Source: an uncultured Flavobacteriaceae bacterium
GTDB taxonomy: Bacteria > Bacteroidota > Bacteroidia > Flavobacteriales > Flavobacteriaceae
NCBI GenBank assembly: GCA_964552195.1
Contig: CAZKFM010000001.1
Location: forward strand, 258,796-322,795
Reading direction: 5' to 3'
DNA length: 64,000 bases
Below are positions 51,027 through 60,179 of this stretch, one piece after another (position 1 is the stretch's first letter; each line of letters starts with the position of its first letter). The position numbers and the translations under genes are program-made. The notes under the pieces were generated by a model that saw nothing but the letters and a program-made list of their open reading frames with translations, ran no database searches and was not told the DNA's origin.

Positions 51027-52343
51027 CTAGTAGCGGTAGTACTCCGGCTTATAGGGCCCTTCGACCTTCACGCCTATGTACTCGGCCTGATCGGGCTTCA
51101 TCTCGGTGAGCTCCACACCCAGGCGTTCCAGGTGCAGGCGGGCTACCTTTTCGTCCAGGTGCTTCGGCAGGGTATACACCTCCTTGCCGTAGCGGTCGCT
51201 GTTGTTCCAGAGCTCGATCTGAGCCAGGGTCTGATTGGTGAAGGAGTTGCTCATCACGAAGCTAGGGTGGCCTGTGGCACAGCCCAGATTCACCAGGCGG
51301 CCTTCGGCCAGCACGATGATATCCTTGCCGTCTATGGTAAACTTGTCCACCTGGGGCTTGATCTCATCCCGGGTATCTCCGTAATTTGCCTTAAGCCAGG
51401 CCATGTCGATCTCATTGTCGAAGTGGCCGATATTACAGAGTATGGCCTTGTCCTTCATGGCTCGGAAGTGGCGCTCCTGTATGATGTCCTTGTTACCGGT
51501 AGCGGTGATCACGATGTCGGCATCCGAAATTACCGTTTCCATACGCTTGACTTCGTACCCATCCATGGCAGCCTGCAGGGCGCAGATGGGGTCGATTTCG
51601 GTTACGGTGACGATGGCGCCTGCCCCGCGAAAGGAGGCTGCGGTGCCTTTACCGACATCCCCGTAACCCGCAACGACTACGCGCTTACCAGCCAGCATGG
51701 TGTCCGTGGCACGGCGTACAGCGTCCACCGCACTTTCCTTGCAACCGTACTTATTGTCGAATTTGGACTTGGTAACGGAATCGTTGACGTTTATGGCTGG
51801 GATAGGCAGGGTGCCGTTCTTCATGCGCTCGTAGAGGCGGTGAACCCCGGTAGTAGTCTCCTCGGACAGCCCTCGTATACCTGCGGCCAGTTCGGGGAAA
51901 CGGTCGAAAACCATATTGGTTAGGTCGCCCCCGTCGTCCAGGATCATGTTCAGGGGCTGCCGATCTTCCCCGAAAAACAGGGTCTGCTCGATGCACCAGT
52001 CGAATTCCTCTTCCGTCATGCCCTTCCAGGCGTAGACGGGTATGCCTCGGGCGGCTATGGCCGCCGCGGCATGGTCCTGAGTGCTAAAGATGTTACAGGA
52101 ACTCCAGGTGACATCTGCGCCCAACTCAACCAGGGTTTCGATCAGTACGGCGGTCTGTATGGTCATGTGGAGGCAACCCGCTATACGCGCACCTGCCAGG
52201 GGCTTCTCGCTACCGTATTCCTCTCGGAGCGCCATCAGCCCGGGCATTTCGGCCTCGGCCAGTTCGATTTCCTTCCGGCCCCAGTCGGCGAGTTGGAGGT
52301 CTTTTACTTTAAAGGGTACATAAGGTACAGTGGTGTTGCTCAT
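51027..52343 (-). CDS. ahcY: adenosylhomocysteinase
   Basis: 438 aa. NAD-binding GYGDVGKG and conserved catalytic residues. Confidence 0.95.
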   Translation of the reverse strand: MSNTTVPYVPFKVKDLQLADWGRKEIELAEAEMPGLMALREEYGSEKPLAGARIAGCLHMTIQTAVLIETLVELGADVTWSSCNIFSTQDHAAAAIAARGIPVYAWKGMTEEEFDWCIEQTLFFGEDRQPLNMILDDGGDLTNMVFDRFPELAAGIRGLSEETTTGVHRLYERMKNGTLPIPAINVNDSVTKSKFDNKYGCKESAVDAVRRATDTMLAGKRVVVAGYGDVGKGTAASFRGAGAIVTVTEIDPICALQAAMDGYEVKRMETVISDADIVITATGNKDIIQERHFRAMKDKAILCNIGHFDNEIDMAWLKANYGDTRDEIKPQVDKFTIDGKDIIVLAEGRLVNLGCATGHPSFVMSNSFTNQTLAQIELWNNSDRYGKEVYTLPKHLDEKVARLHLERLGVELTEMKPDQAEYIGVKVEGPYKPEYYRY

Positions 52344-52442
52344 TGACTTTTTATTCTTTGTAGCTTCGCAATTACTTTGAACTCCAGACCTTAGTGGGTC
52401 GTTTGAGTTCCGGCAAAATTACAAATTCCATAAGGTTAGCCC

Positions 52443-53099
52443 GTGCCGGTATACAAAGATTTAACCATAGACGATCACAGTCGAGTCCTGATATGGAGGG
52501 TGGAGGAGAGCGAGGAGGAGCTGATCCGAAACATGCACTTCTGCCAGCATAGCCTGGAACGCCTAAAGGGAATGAAGTCGGGTGTTCACCGCAGGGCGTT
52601 TGCCAGCATCCGTTATCTGTTCAGAGAATTGGGATACGACGACAACGACGTCGTTTACAACGGGTATGGCAAACCGCAACCCAGGGATGGGTCGTATATT
52701 TCGATCACCCATTCCGGCATGTATACGGGCCTGATACATTCCACTGTCCGGCCGGTGGGTATAGACATCGAGCTCAAAAGAGACAAAATCTTACGGATCG
52801 CCAATAAATTCACCCGCTTCCATCACGGCATGGTCCCCGGCGGAGATGCTGAGGATTTCGAGCAAAGGCAAGTCCGGACGCTCACTGCCATCTGGGCAGT
52901 CAAGGAGTCCATATATAAGTTGTATGGAAAAAAGGGACTGAGCTTCCTGGACCATATTACAGCGGAAGAGGTGGTATTTGAGAATGGAATGGCCCGGGCG
53001 TCGGTGAATTTTGGTAATCGGAGAAGGGAGTTTGGCGCACGGGTGCTGGAGTTCGACGGTTATACCTGCGTCTGGGTGCTGGAGCCTGAAAAAGAATAG
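52443..53099 (+). CDS. 4'-phosphopantetheinyl transferase (Sfp/EntD-type)
   Basis: GKPQ...ISITHS and WAVKESIYK motifs of the PPTase superfamily. GTG start. Confidence 0.7.
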   Translation: MPVYKDLTIDDHSRVLIWRVEESEEELIRNMHFCQHSLERLKGMKSGVHRRAFASIRYLFRELGYDDNDVVYNGYGKPQPRDGSYISITHSGMYTGLIHSTVRPVGIDIELKRDKILRIANKFTRFHHGMVPGGDAEDFEQRQVRTLTAIWAVKESIYKLYGKKGLSFLDHITAEEVVFENGMARASVNFGNRRREFGARVLEFDGYTCVWVLEPEKE

Positions 53100-53102
53100 A
53101 CT

Positions 53103-53363
53103 ATGGAAGTATCGGTAGAGATTTCGCTATATCCCCTTAAGGAGGACTATGAGCCCCCTATTCAGGACTTTATCAAAGCCCTGCGGGAGTCGGGTCTGCG
53201 AATGATGGAGACCCCTCTCAGCACGCAGGTGTTCGGTCCTTATGATGAGGTGATGCGGGTGGTTACGCGGGAGATGCGGGAGACTCTAGGCCATCTGCCG
53301 GATGGAGTATTTCAGCTTAAAGTGGTGAGCGGTAACCGATCGGACTATGAGCCCGATTTTTGA
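53103..53363 (+). CDS. MTH1187/YkoF-family (DUF77) thiamine-binding-like protein
   Basis: 86 aa. The VEISLYPL...ESGL...TPLSTQVFG pattern matches the YkoF ferredoxin-like fold family. 3 bp after the PPTase stop. Confidence 0.65.
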   Translation: MEVSVEISLYPLKEDYEPPIQDFIKALRESGLRMMETPLSTQVFGPYDEVMRVVTREMRETLGHLPDGVFQLKVVSGNRSDYEPDF

Positions 53364-53979
53364 TTTCTTCCTGGATGCCTATGAAGGCCGCTCCGCCGAC
53401 CTGGTTGTCCTGGAAGCCCTGGCCTTCGTATTCGGTATCTGGAGCGTCTGGCTGGCGCGGTCGGAACACATCTGGGTGTATCCGACGGGTCTGATTTCCA
53501 CGGTGATCGTCACCTACCTTTTCTGGGTCGACCGGTTTATCGGCGATATGATGATCAATGCCTACTACAGCATCATGAGCATCTACGGCTGGTGGAACTG
53601 GCTTCGCGCCCGGGACGGGGTCCGGGTCTCCACCATCGGCATCAGCAGCAACAAGGAGCGATTTTGGGGAACCGGCCTTTTTGTACTGACCATGGTATTT
53701 ACCTATATGGTGTACCAGGGATTCGGCGTGCAACTCGACTGGACCAATTACGTGGATATCTTTACCTCGGGTATCTTTTTCACGGCCATGTGGTTCATGG
53801 CGCGCAAGCGGATCGCGAACTGGACCCTGTGGATAGTAGGTGACCTAATTACCGTACCTTTATACGCCTACCGCGGCTTTGGGATGCTTTCCCTGCAGTA
53901 CGCCATCTTTACCGTACTGGCCATATACGGTTTAATGGAATGGAGAAAACGCTACTACAGCAACCTTCAGACATCGTAA
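53347..53979 (+). CDS. pnuC: PnuC-family nicotinamide riboside (or thiamine, PnuT-type) transporter
   Basis: GIWSVWLARSEHIWVYPTGLIS and WWNW motifs of the PnuC family. About 7 TM helices. Overlaps the upstream ykoF-like gene by 17 nt. Confidence 0.85.
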   Translation: MSPIFDFFLDAYEGRSADLVVLEALAFVFGIWSVWLARSEHIWVYPTGLISTVIVTYLFWVDRFIGDMMINAYYSIMSIYGWWNWLRARDGVRVSTIGISSNKERFWGTGLFVLTMVFTYMVYQGFGVQLDWTNYVDIFTSGIFFTAMWFMARKRIANWTLWIVGDLITVPLYAYRGFGMLSLQYAIFTVLAIYGLMEWRKRYYSNLQTS

Positions 53980-54521
53980 AAGTGGTCCTATTCGGACCGG
54001 AATCCACGGGCAAGACCACGCTGGCCCGAGAGCTCAGCGAACACTACGACGAACCCTGGGTGCCGGAATACGCCCGGGATTTCCTACAGCGAAAATGGGA
54101 TGCCGAAAAGGAAATCTGCAGCAAGGAGGATCTCATGGATATCGCACAGGGACAGATCCGGCACGAGAATGAACTCGCCGCGCGAAGCCGGCGACTGCTG
54201 GTATGCGATACCGATCTGTTGGAGACCCTGGTGTATTCCGAACTCTACTTCGATGGATACGCCCATCCGGTCTTGCGGGAAGCGGCCCTTAGCAACACCT
54301 ACGACCTCTATTTCCTTACCGATATAGACGTGCCCTGGGAGGAGGACGACCTCCGCGACCGGCCGGATGATAGGGAGGAATTCTTCCTGGCTTTCCGGGG
54401 GGCATTGGAGCAAAGCGGTAGGAAATTTGTTACTTTGAGCGGGGGACGCGAACAGCGCCTTCAAACTGCCATTTCAACAATTGATCATCTACTCAATACG
54501 ACCTATGGAACTCACGGATAA
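53940..54521 (+). CDS. NadR C-terminal-domain-like kinase (ribosylnicotinamide kinase-type P-loop ATPase)
   Basis: Walker A GPESTGKTT and the PEYARDF motif resemble the NadR RNK domain. Overlaps the pnuC 3' end. The real start may be internal. Confidence 0.6.
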   Translation: MEKTLLQQPSDIVKVVLFGPESTGKTTLARELSEHYDEPWVPEYARDFLQRKWDAEKEICSKEDLMDIAQGQIRHENELAARSRRLLVCDTDLLETLVYSELYFDGYAHPVLREAALSNTYDLYFLTDIDVPWEEDDLRDRPDDREEFFLAFRGALEQSGRKFVTLSGGREQRLQTAISTIDHLLNTTYGTHG

Positions 54522-56040
54522 CGACAAGAAACTCCTCAGTGAAAAGGGCATAACCGAACAGCAACTGGCCCGGCAGGTGGAAATGTTTGAAAAAGGGGTG
54601 CCCTTTGTAAACCTGGCCGAAGCCGCGACAGTGGGCAACGGCATTTTCCAATTCGATGAGCAGCAACAATCTGCTTTAAGGGAGCAATTCGACAAACTCA
54701 GGGAGGGCAAGTCCCTGCTTAAGTTTGTTCCCGCTTCCGGGGCCGCTTCACGTATGTTCAAGGCGCTGTTCTCCTTTCTCGATGCCTATGAGCCCGAAGA
54801 AGAGGAGCTGGATGCCTATTTCGAAAGAACCGGAGATAAGGCGCTGAAGCAGTTTAAGGAGGGCTTGGAGAAGTTTGCGTTTTACAGCGATGTACAGGAG
54901 CGTATCGCAGGCAGCTACCAGACGGAAGGGGAACACCTGCATCGATTCGTAGCCGAAATCCTCGGGGAGACGGGCCTGAATTACGGTTTCTATCCCAAGG
55001 GGATGCTGGCCTTTCACCGATACGGAGACCGCAATGTGACCCCCTTCGAAGAACACCTCAAGGAGGCTGCCCGCTATGCTGAGGCCAATGGTACGGCCCG
55101 GGTACATTTCACCATTTCGCCCCAGCACCAGGAGCTCTTCACGGCCGAGCAGGAACGCATACAAGATCGCCTGAGCGAGGAAACCGGCAAGACCTTCGAG
55201 ATTTCCTTTTCGTATCAGAAGCCCTCTACGGATACGGTAGCGGTGAACATGGACAACACCTTCTTCCGGCAGGAGGACGGCAGCCTGCTCTTCCGGCCCG
55301 GTGGACACGGCGCCCTGATCGAGAATCTGAACGAGGTCAATGCCGATATGGTTTTTATAAAGAATATCGACAATGTGGTTACGGAAAGGGACTTTCCCGA
55401 CACGGTGGACAACAAGAAGATGTTAGGAGGACTGCTGCTCAGCATACAGGAGCGTGCCTTCGAACACGCCCGCTGGCTGGATGAGGGTTCCGGTGGAGAG
55501 GATCACCTGGAGGAGTGCCGGTTGTTTATGGAAACGGAGCTTAATGTCCGCATACCCGGCGAATACAGCACTCTGGACGAGGCGGGCAAGCGAGGACTTC
55601 TGAAAATCCTTATCGATCGCCCCATCCGGGTCTGTGGCATGGTAAGAAACGAGGGAGAACCCGGCGGGGGCCCCTTCTTTATTCACGGAACGGACGGCTC
55701 GGTTTCCCTGCAGATCATCGAATCTGCCCAGATCGATACCGACAATCCTGCCCAGAATCAGATCCTGCAGGGGGCTACCCATTTCAACCCGGTGGACCTG
55801 GTCTGCGGGATGAAGAATTACAAGGGTGAGCCCTACCACCTGATGGATTATGTGGATATGGGCCAGGCCTTTATCGCCTACAAGACCAAGGACGGCAAGG
55901 ATCTCAAGGCACTGGAACTCCCCGGCCTATGGAACGGGGCCATGGCGAAGTGGAACACCATCTTCGTTGAGGTTCCCCTGAGCACCTTTAACCCCGTTAA
56001 GACCGTCAACGATTTATTGAAGCCGGCGCATCAGGCGTAG
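54505..56040 (+). CDS. DUF4301 family protein (UDPGP-like nucleotidyltransferase motifs)
   Basis: 511 aa. The start overlaps the kinase stop. Gly-rich VPASGAASRM and PGGHGAL motifs resemble the UDPGP (PF01704) nucleotide-binding and catalytic loops. Confidence 0.55.
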   Translation: MELTDNDKKLLSEKGITEQQLARQVEMFEKGVPFVNLAEAATVGNGIFQFDEQQQSALREQFDKLREGKSLLKFVPASGAASRMFKALFSFLDAYEPEEEELDAYFERTGDKALKQFKEGLEKFAFYSDVQERIAGSYQTEGEHLHRFVAEILGETGLNYGFYPKGMLAFHRYGDRNVTPFEEHLKEAARYAEANGTARVHFTISPQHQELFTAEQERIQDRLSEETGKTFEISFSYQKPSTDTVAVNMDNTFFRQEDGSLLFRPGGHGALIENLNEVNADMVFIKNIDNVVTERDFPDTVDNKKMLGGLLLSIQERAFEHARWLDEGSGGEDHLEECRLFMETELNVRIPGEYSTLDEAGKRGLLKILIDRPIRVCGMVRNEGEPGGGPFFIHGTDGSVSLQIIESAQIDTDNPAQNQILQGATHFNPVDLVCGMKNYKGEPYHLMDYVDMGQAFIAYKTKDGKDLKALELPGLWNGAMAKWNTIFVEVPLSTFNPVKTVNDLLKPAHQA

Positions 56041-56060
56041 GCGAAAAATCGTGATTTGAG

Positions 56061-56101
56061 CTCCCGGCGGGCCTAAGCAAGGGTTTTCCGGGAGGTTTTT
56101 T
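56061..56101 (+). terminator. rho-independent terminator after the DUF4301 gene
   Basis: ctcccgg...ccgggag stem followed by GTTTTTTC. Confidence 0.65.
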
Positions 56102-56164
56102 CATGGAGTGACGTTTGCCTTGCCGGGCCATTTGAAGTCTTTTTAAGTGCGTATATTTGCAGCT

Positions 56165-56245
56165 TGAACACAGGGGTGCTTGCTCACGGCAGGCTGAGAT
56201 TATACCCGAAGAACCTGGGCGGATAATGCCGCCAAGGGAGTTGTT
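56165..56245 (+). ncRNA. TPP riboswitch (THI element)
   Basis: GGGGUGC...GCUGAGAUUAUACCCGAAGAACCUGGGCGGAUAAUGCCGCCAAGGGAG matches the thiM-type aptamer blocks CUGAGA / UACCC / ACCUG / GGAUAAUGCC / AGGGA. Lies 66 nt upstream of the TonB-dependent receptor ATG. Confidence 0.85.
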
Positions 56246-56310
56246 ACCGACGTCTTCTTCAGGTCAGGATTCCTTCCTTCCACGCTTATCGCCCCGCTAA
56301 TCTTAGGAAA

Positions 56311-58497
56311 ATGAAGTATGCACTCGCTGCCGGCTTGCTGCTAGGTACCCTGGCATTTACTCTGGCTCAGGAGCAGAAAGTGACTAAAGACACCTTAGAG
56401 CCCTTACGCGTAAACCTGAACGAAGTGATCCTGTTCGCGACCCGGGCCAGTCAGCGTACCCCGGTTACGTTTACCACCATACGGGCCAAAGAGATTCAGC
56501 CCCTCAATCTGGGCCAGGACCTTCCCCAGCTATTGAATTACTACCCATCCGTAGTAGCCACCAGTTTCGACGGTACCGGTGTGGGGTACACGGATATACG
56601 GGTAAGGGGATCGGATAATTCCCGCATCAATGTTACCATTAACGGCATTCCCTACAACGATGCGGACAGCCAGACGACCTTTTTTGTCAACCTGCAGGAT
56701 TTTGCCTCTTCCATAGGCTCTATACAGTTGCAAAGGGGAGTGGGTACTTCGACCAATGGTGCGGGGGCCTTCGGAGCAAGCCTGAATATAGAAACCCAGC
56801 CGCTGTCCGTGGTGCCCTTCGCCGAACTGGCGACCAGTGCGGGCAGTTTCGGTACCCAGAAATACACCCTTCAGGCAGGAACCGGCGTACTAAACGATCA
56901 CTGGAATGTCAATGCCCGGCTTTCCCGTATTCGTTCCAACGGCTTTGTGGATCGCGCCTTCGCTGATCTTCGATCGTATTTCGTGCAGGGGACCTACCGG
57001 GATAAGAATACCCTGGTCAAGGGACTGGTATTCGGCGGATCGGAACGCACCGGCCTGTCGTTTATCGGCCAGGACCGGGCAGGGCTCGATCGGGACCGGC
57101 GGTTTAACCCCGACGGACTGTTCGTCAATGCCGACGGGGAGACCCGCTTCTATGAGGACCAGACCGACAACTACTGGCAGGACCATTATCAGCTGCATTT
57201 TACTCAGGGCTTCAATACGCGCTGGAACGCCACCCTTTCCCTGCATTACACCAACAGCCGCGGCTACTTCGAACAAATGAACGACGATGCCTCCCTGGAC
57301 TTCTACCGGCTGGGGACTGCCGACCTGCCCGGGCAGACTGCGGCTACCGCCGACCTTGCCAGCCGTCTTCATCTGAATTCGGAGTTCTACGGCTTGGTCC
57401 ATCAGATCAACTACCGGAGCGATGAGGTGACGGCCACATTCGGGGGGAGTTACCAGCGCTACGATGGGAATCAGTTCGGAGAGGTTATCTCCCTCGACCA
57501 GGGTATTCTGCCTGAGCGACCCTTTACGTTTTACCGCAATACCAGCCGCAAGCGCGACTGGAATAATTTCCTGAAGGCCACCTGGGACAGGGACGACTGG
57601 TCCCTGTTCGGGGACTTGCAATTTCGCCGGATTACCTACCGGGCGGAAGGATCTCTCTTCGATCCGGCTTCCGTACTCGAGGTGGACGAGGTATATAATT
57701 TCTTCAATCCCAAGGCCGGGCTGAGCTATAATCCCGATCCGGACACCAGTTTTTATCTGTCCGTGGCCCGGGCTCAGCGGGAACCCGCCCGTGTGGACTT
57801 CGAAAACGGAAATCCCGAGCCCGAAAAGCTCTGGGATTGGGAACTGGGGACCCGACTTCGCAGGGAAAAGATTCAGTTGCAGGCTAACCTGTTTTTCATG
57901 GACTATTCCAATCAGCTGGTCCTTACCGGTGAGCGCGATCAGGGTGGGTTTCCTTTGCGCACCAACGTAGGAGAAAGCTACCGCTTTGGCCTGGAGGCCG
58001 ACCTGACCTGGAAGCCAACGCAGGATCTGGTCATTCAACCCAACCTCACCTGGAGCCGCAATCGCAACCGCGATTTCGTGGTCTCCCGAAACGGGGAGCT
58101 TGTCAATCTCGGAAATACGGCCATTTCCTTTTCGCCCGAGTGGATAGCCGGAAATCGGATAACCTGGACCCCTTTTCGGTACTGGTCGTTTACCTTCCTG
58201 AGCAAATTCGTCGGGGAGCAGTTCATGTCCAATACGGAAGAAGCCAACGCCCGCCTGGAAAGCTATTTCGTGAACGACCTTAACGTGCAATGGAGGGTGC
58301 CTCAGCGGATGTTTACCGCCCTGGAGATCACCCTGCAGCTAAACAATCTGTTCGACGTGCAATACGAGAACAACGGTTACTTCTTCACCTTTGATGTACC
58401 GAACGAAGGGGGCAATGGGGTCACCACACTGGATGGTAATGCCTTTTACCCACAGGCAGGAATAAATTTCCTGGCCGGACTGCGCATTCGGATGTAA
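56311..58497 (+). CDS. TonB-dependent receptor, TPP-riboswitch regulated (candidate thiamine or thiamine-precursor outer-membrane transporter)
   Basis: Signal peptide, plug motifs, 728 aa barrel. Directly downstream of the THI-box. Confidence 0.8.
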   Translation: MKYALAAGLLLGTLAFTLAQEQKVTKDTLEPLRVNLNEVILFATRASQRTPVTFTTIRAKEIQPLNLGQDLPQLLNYYPSVVATSFDGTGVGYTDIRVRGSDNSRINVTINGIPYNDADSQTTFFVNLQDFASSIGSIQLQRGVGTSTNGAGAFGASLNIETQPLSVVPFAELATSAGSFGTQKYTLQAGTGVLNDHWNVNARLSRIRSNGFVDRAFADLRSYFVQGTYRDKNTLVKGLVFGGSERTGLSFIGQDRAGLDRDRRFNPDGLFVNADGETRFYEDQTDNYWQDHYQLHFTQGFNTRWNATLSLHYTNSRGYFEQMNDDASLDFYRLGTADLPGQTAATADLASRLHLNSEFYGLVHQINYRSDEVTATFGGSYQRYDGNQFGEVISLDQGILPERPFTFYRNTSRKRDWNNFLKATWDRDDWSLFGDLQFRRITYRAEGSLFDPASVLEVDEVYNFFNPKAGLSYNPDPDTSFYLSVARAQREPARVDFENGNPEPEKLWDWELGTRLRREKIQLQANLFFMDYSNQLVLTGERDQGGFPLRTNVGESYRFGLEADLTWKPTQDLVIQPNLTWSRNRNRDFVVSRNGELVNLGNTAISFSPEWIAGNRITWTPFRYWSFTFLSKFVGEQFMSNTEEANARLESYFVNDLNVQWRVPQRMFTALEITLQLNNLFDVQYENNGYFFTFDVPNEGGNGVTTLDGNAFYPQAGINFLAGLRIRM

Positions 58498-58550
58498 GGT
58501 TGAGGTTTTACCGGGCTTCGTAATTTTAACCGGAACGCAAAGTCGAATTC

Positions 58551-59567
58551 ATGATGGAGATCTATCCGGCACTGAAGGCCGAAAAGCCCCTGTTTGACAA
58601 AACGCCCATTCGTTGGGGCATGATTGGTATAGGAGCGGTAACCGAACTCAAAAGCGCACCGGCCTATTATAAGAATCCGGGCTTCGAATTGGCCATGGTC
58701 ATGGGAAGAGATGCCCGTAAGGCGGCAGACTACGCAGCCCGGCACGGTATCTCCCGTTGGACCACCGATGCTGCGGAATTGGTCAACGACCCTGAGATCG
58801 ATGCCGTGTATATCGCTACCCCTCCGGATTCCCACCTGCATTACGCCCGTATGGTCGCCGAAGCCGGAAAGCCCTGCTGCGTCGAAAAACCCATGGCCCC
58901 CACCTACCGGGAAAGCCAGGAAATGTATGGCCTGTTTAAAGAACGCAACCTCCCCCTTTTCGTCTCCTACTACCGACGCTCCCTGCCGCGCTTCAATAAA
59001 ATAAGAGAAACTCTGGAATCGGGAGGCATAGGAACGCCGAGGCACATCCACTGGGTCAAGACCAAGCCTCCGAGCGAAGTGGATCTGAATCGCACATATA
59101 CCTGGAGGACCGATCCCGAGATAGCGCCGGGGGGTTACTTCGACGACCTGGCCTGCCACGGTCTGGACTTGTTTGCTTACCTGCTGGGGAATTTTGTCCA
59201 GGTAAGCGGACAGGTATGCAACCAACAGGGCTATTATCAGGCCCCCGATGCCATAACCGCCAGTTGGGTGCACCAGGGGGGAGCTACGGGCAGCGGGTTC
59301 TGGAATTTCGCTTCCGACGATTACCGTGATGAAGTAAAGATCTACGGTGAGCGGGGCACCCTGTCATTTTCGGTTCTCTATGAGGCCGCCGTCTGTCTGG
59401 AGTCCGGAGGAAAAACAGAAGAGTGGGAAATCGAAAACCCACATCACATACAGATGCCCCATGCCGAGAACCTGAGACGTCACCTCATGGGGGAAGCTGC
59501 ACACCCCTCGACCGCATACAGTGCGCTGCACTGCGGCTGGGTCATGGAAGAGATACTTCAGGACTGA
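58551..59567 (+). CDS. Gfo/Idh/MocA family oxidoreductase
   Basis: N-terminal Rossmann IRWGMIGIGAV and a GFO_IDH_MocA C-domain. 53 bp downstream of the TonB-dependent receptor. Confidence 0.8.
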   Translation: MMEIYPALKAEKPLFDKTPIRWGMIGIGAVTELKSAPAYYKNPGFELAMVMGRDARKAADYAARHGISRWTTDAAELVNDPEIDAVYIATPPDSHLHYARMVAEAGKPCCVEKPMAPTYRESQEMYGLFKERNLPLFVSYYRRSLPRFNKIRETLESGGIGTPRHIHWVKTKPPSEVDLNRTYTWRTDPEIAPGGYFDDLACHGLDLFAYLLGNFVQVSGQVCNQQGYYQAPDAITASWVHQGGATGSGFWNFASDDYRDEVKIYGERGTLSFSVLYEAAVCLESGGKTEEWEIENPHHIQMPHAENLRRHLMGEAAHPSTAYSALHCGWVMEEILQD

Positions 59568-59577
59568 GAAAGCGTAT

Positions 59578-60021
59578 TCAGTTCGTGACTATGAGGGTAT
59601 TGCCACTGGGAATCACATTGTAACGCAGCAGATCGTAGAATACCGAGCCGGTCTGGGGTCGGTTTGACATCTGCCCCGTGAACAGATTATATCGGTAGCC
59701 CTCACAGTTACACTCGACTTCTATGCCATTGATTCTCATGGTCGAACAATCGTTGGGCACATGGTTGGGGCAACTCGCTTCGTAAGCTTGGTAGAGATCG
59801 ATCGAGGTCTGCATGACAAATACCCCGCGCGTACCCACTCCATTGAGCCCTACATAGACGGGATTACCTATGGTGTTGAGCCCGTTATACAGGGGGAGGT
59901 TCAGGTCCAGGTCGATGCGAAAACTGATTTCCTGAAGGAAAGGGTTGCGGTTGGTTCGCTCGGTGGAACAGGCCGAAAGGCCTACTGCGAATAGGAGTAT
60001 CAGGATCAGGAACTTTCTCAT
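59578..60021 (-). CDS. hypothetical Cys-rich lipoprotein
   Basis: Lipobox LFAVGLSAC. Five further Cys residues (CPNHVPNDC, ECNCEG). Confidence 0.4.
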   Translation of the reverse strand: MRKFLILILLFAVGLSACSTERTNRNPFLQEISFRIDLDLNLPLYNGLNTIGNPVYVGLNGVGTRGVFVMQTSIDLYQAYEASCPNHVPNDCSTMRINGIEVECNCEGYRYNLFTGQMSNRPQTGSVFYDLLRYNVIPSGNTLIVTN

Positions 60022-60179
60022 ACTGTGAAGTTAAGTCGCAAATTTATCCTATCTTTGGTGGAAATCCTCGCGATAGATCATTATTGATGATACTGCGAGG
60101 ATTTTTGTATTATCTAATGCAGAGATCCGCCCCAACAATTCTGCAATCGGGCGGAACCCATTTAAACCGAGGTTGGAGT

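Noticed and set aside
56890-58290. 466-aa minus-strand ORF antisense to the TPP-regulated TonB-dependent receptor
   Set aside because: A shadow ORF of a well-supported receptor gene. Pro/Gly/Val-rich composition typical of antisense frames.
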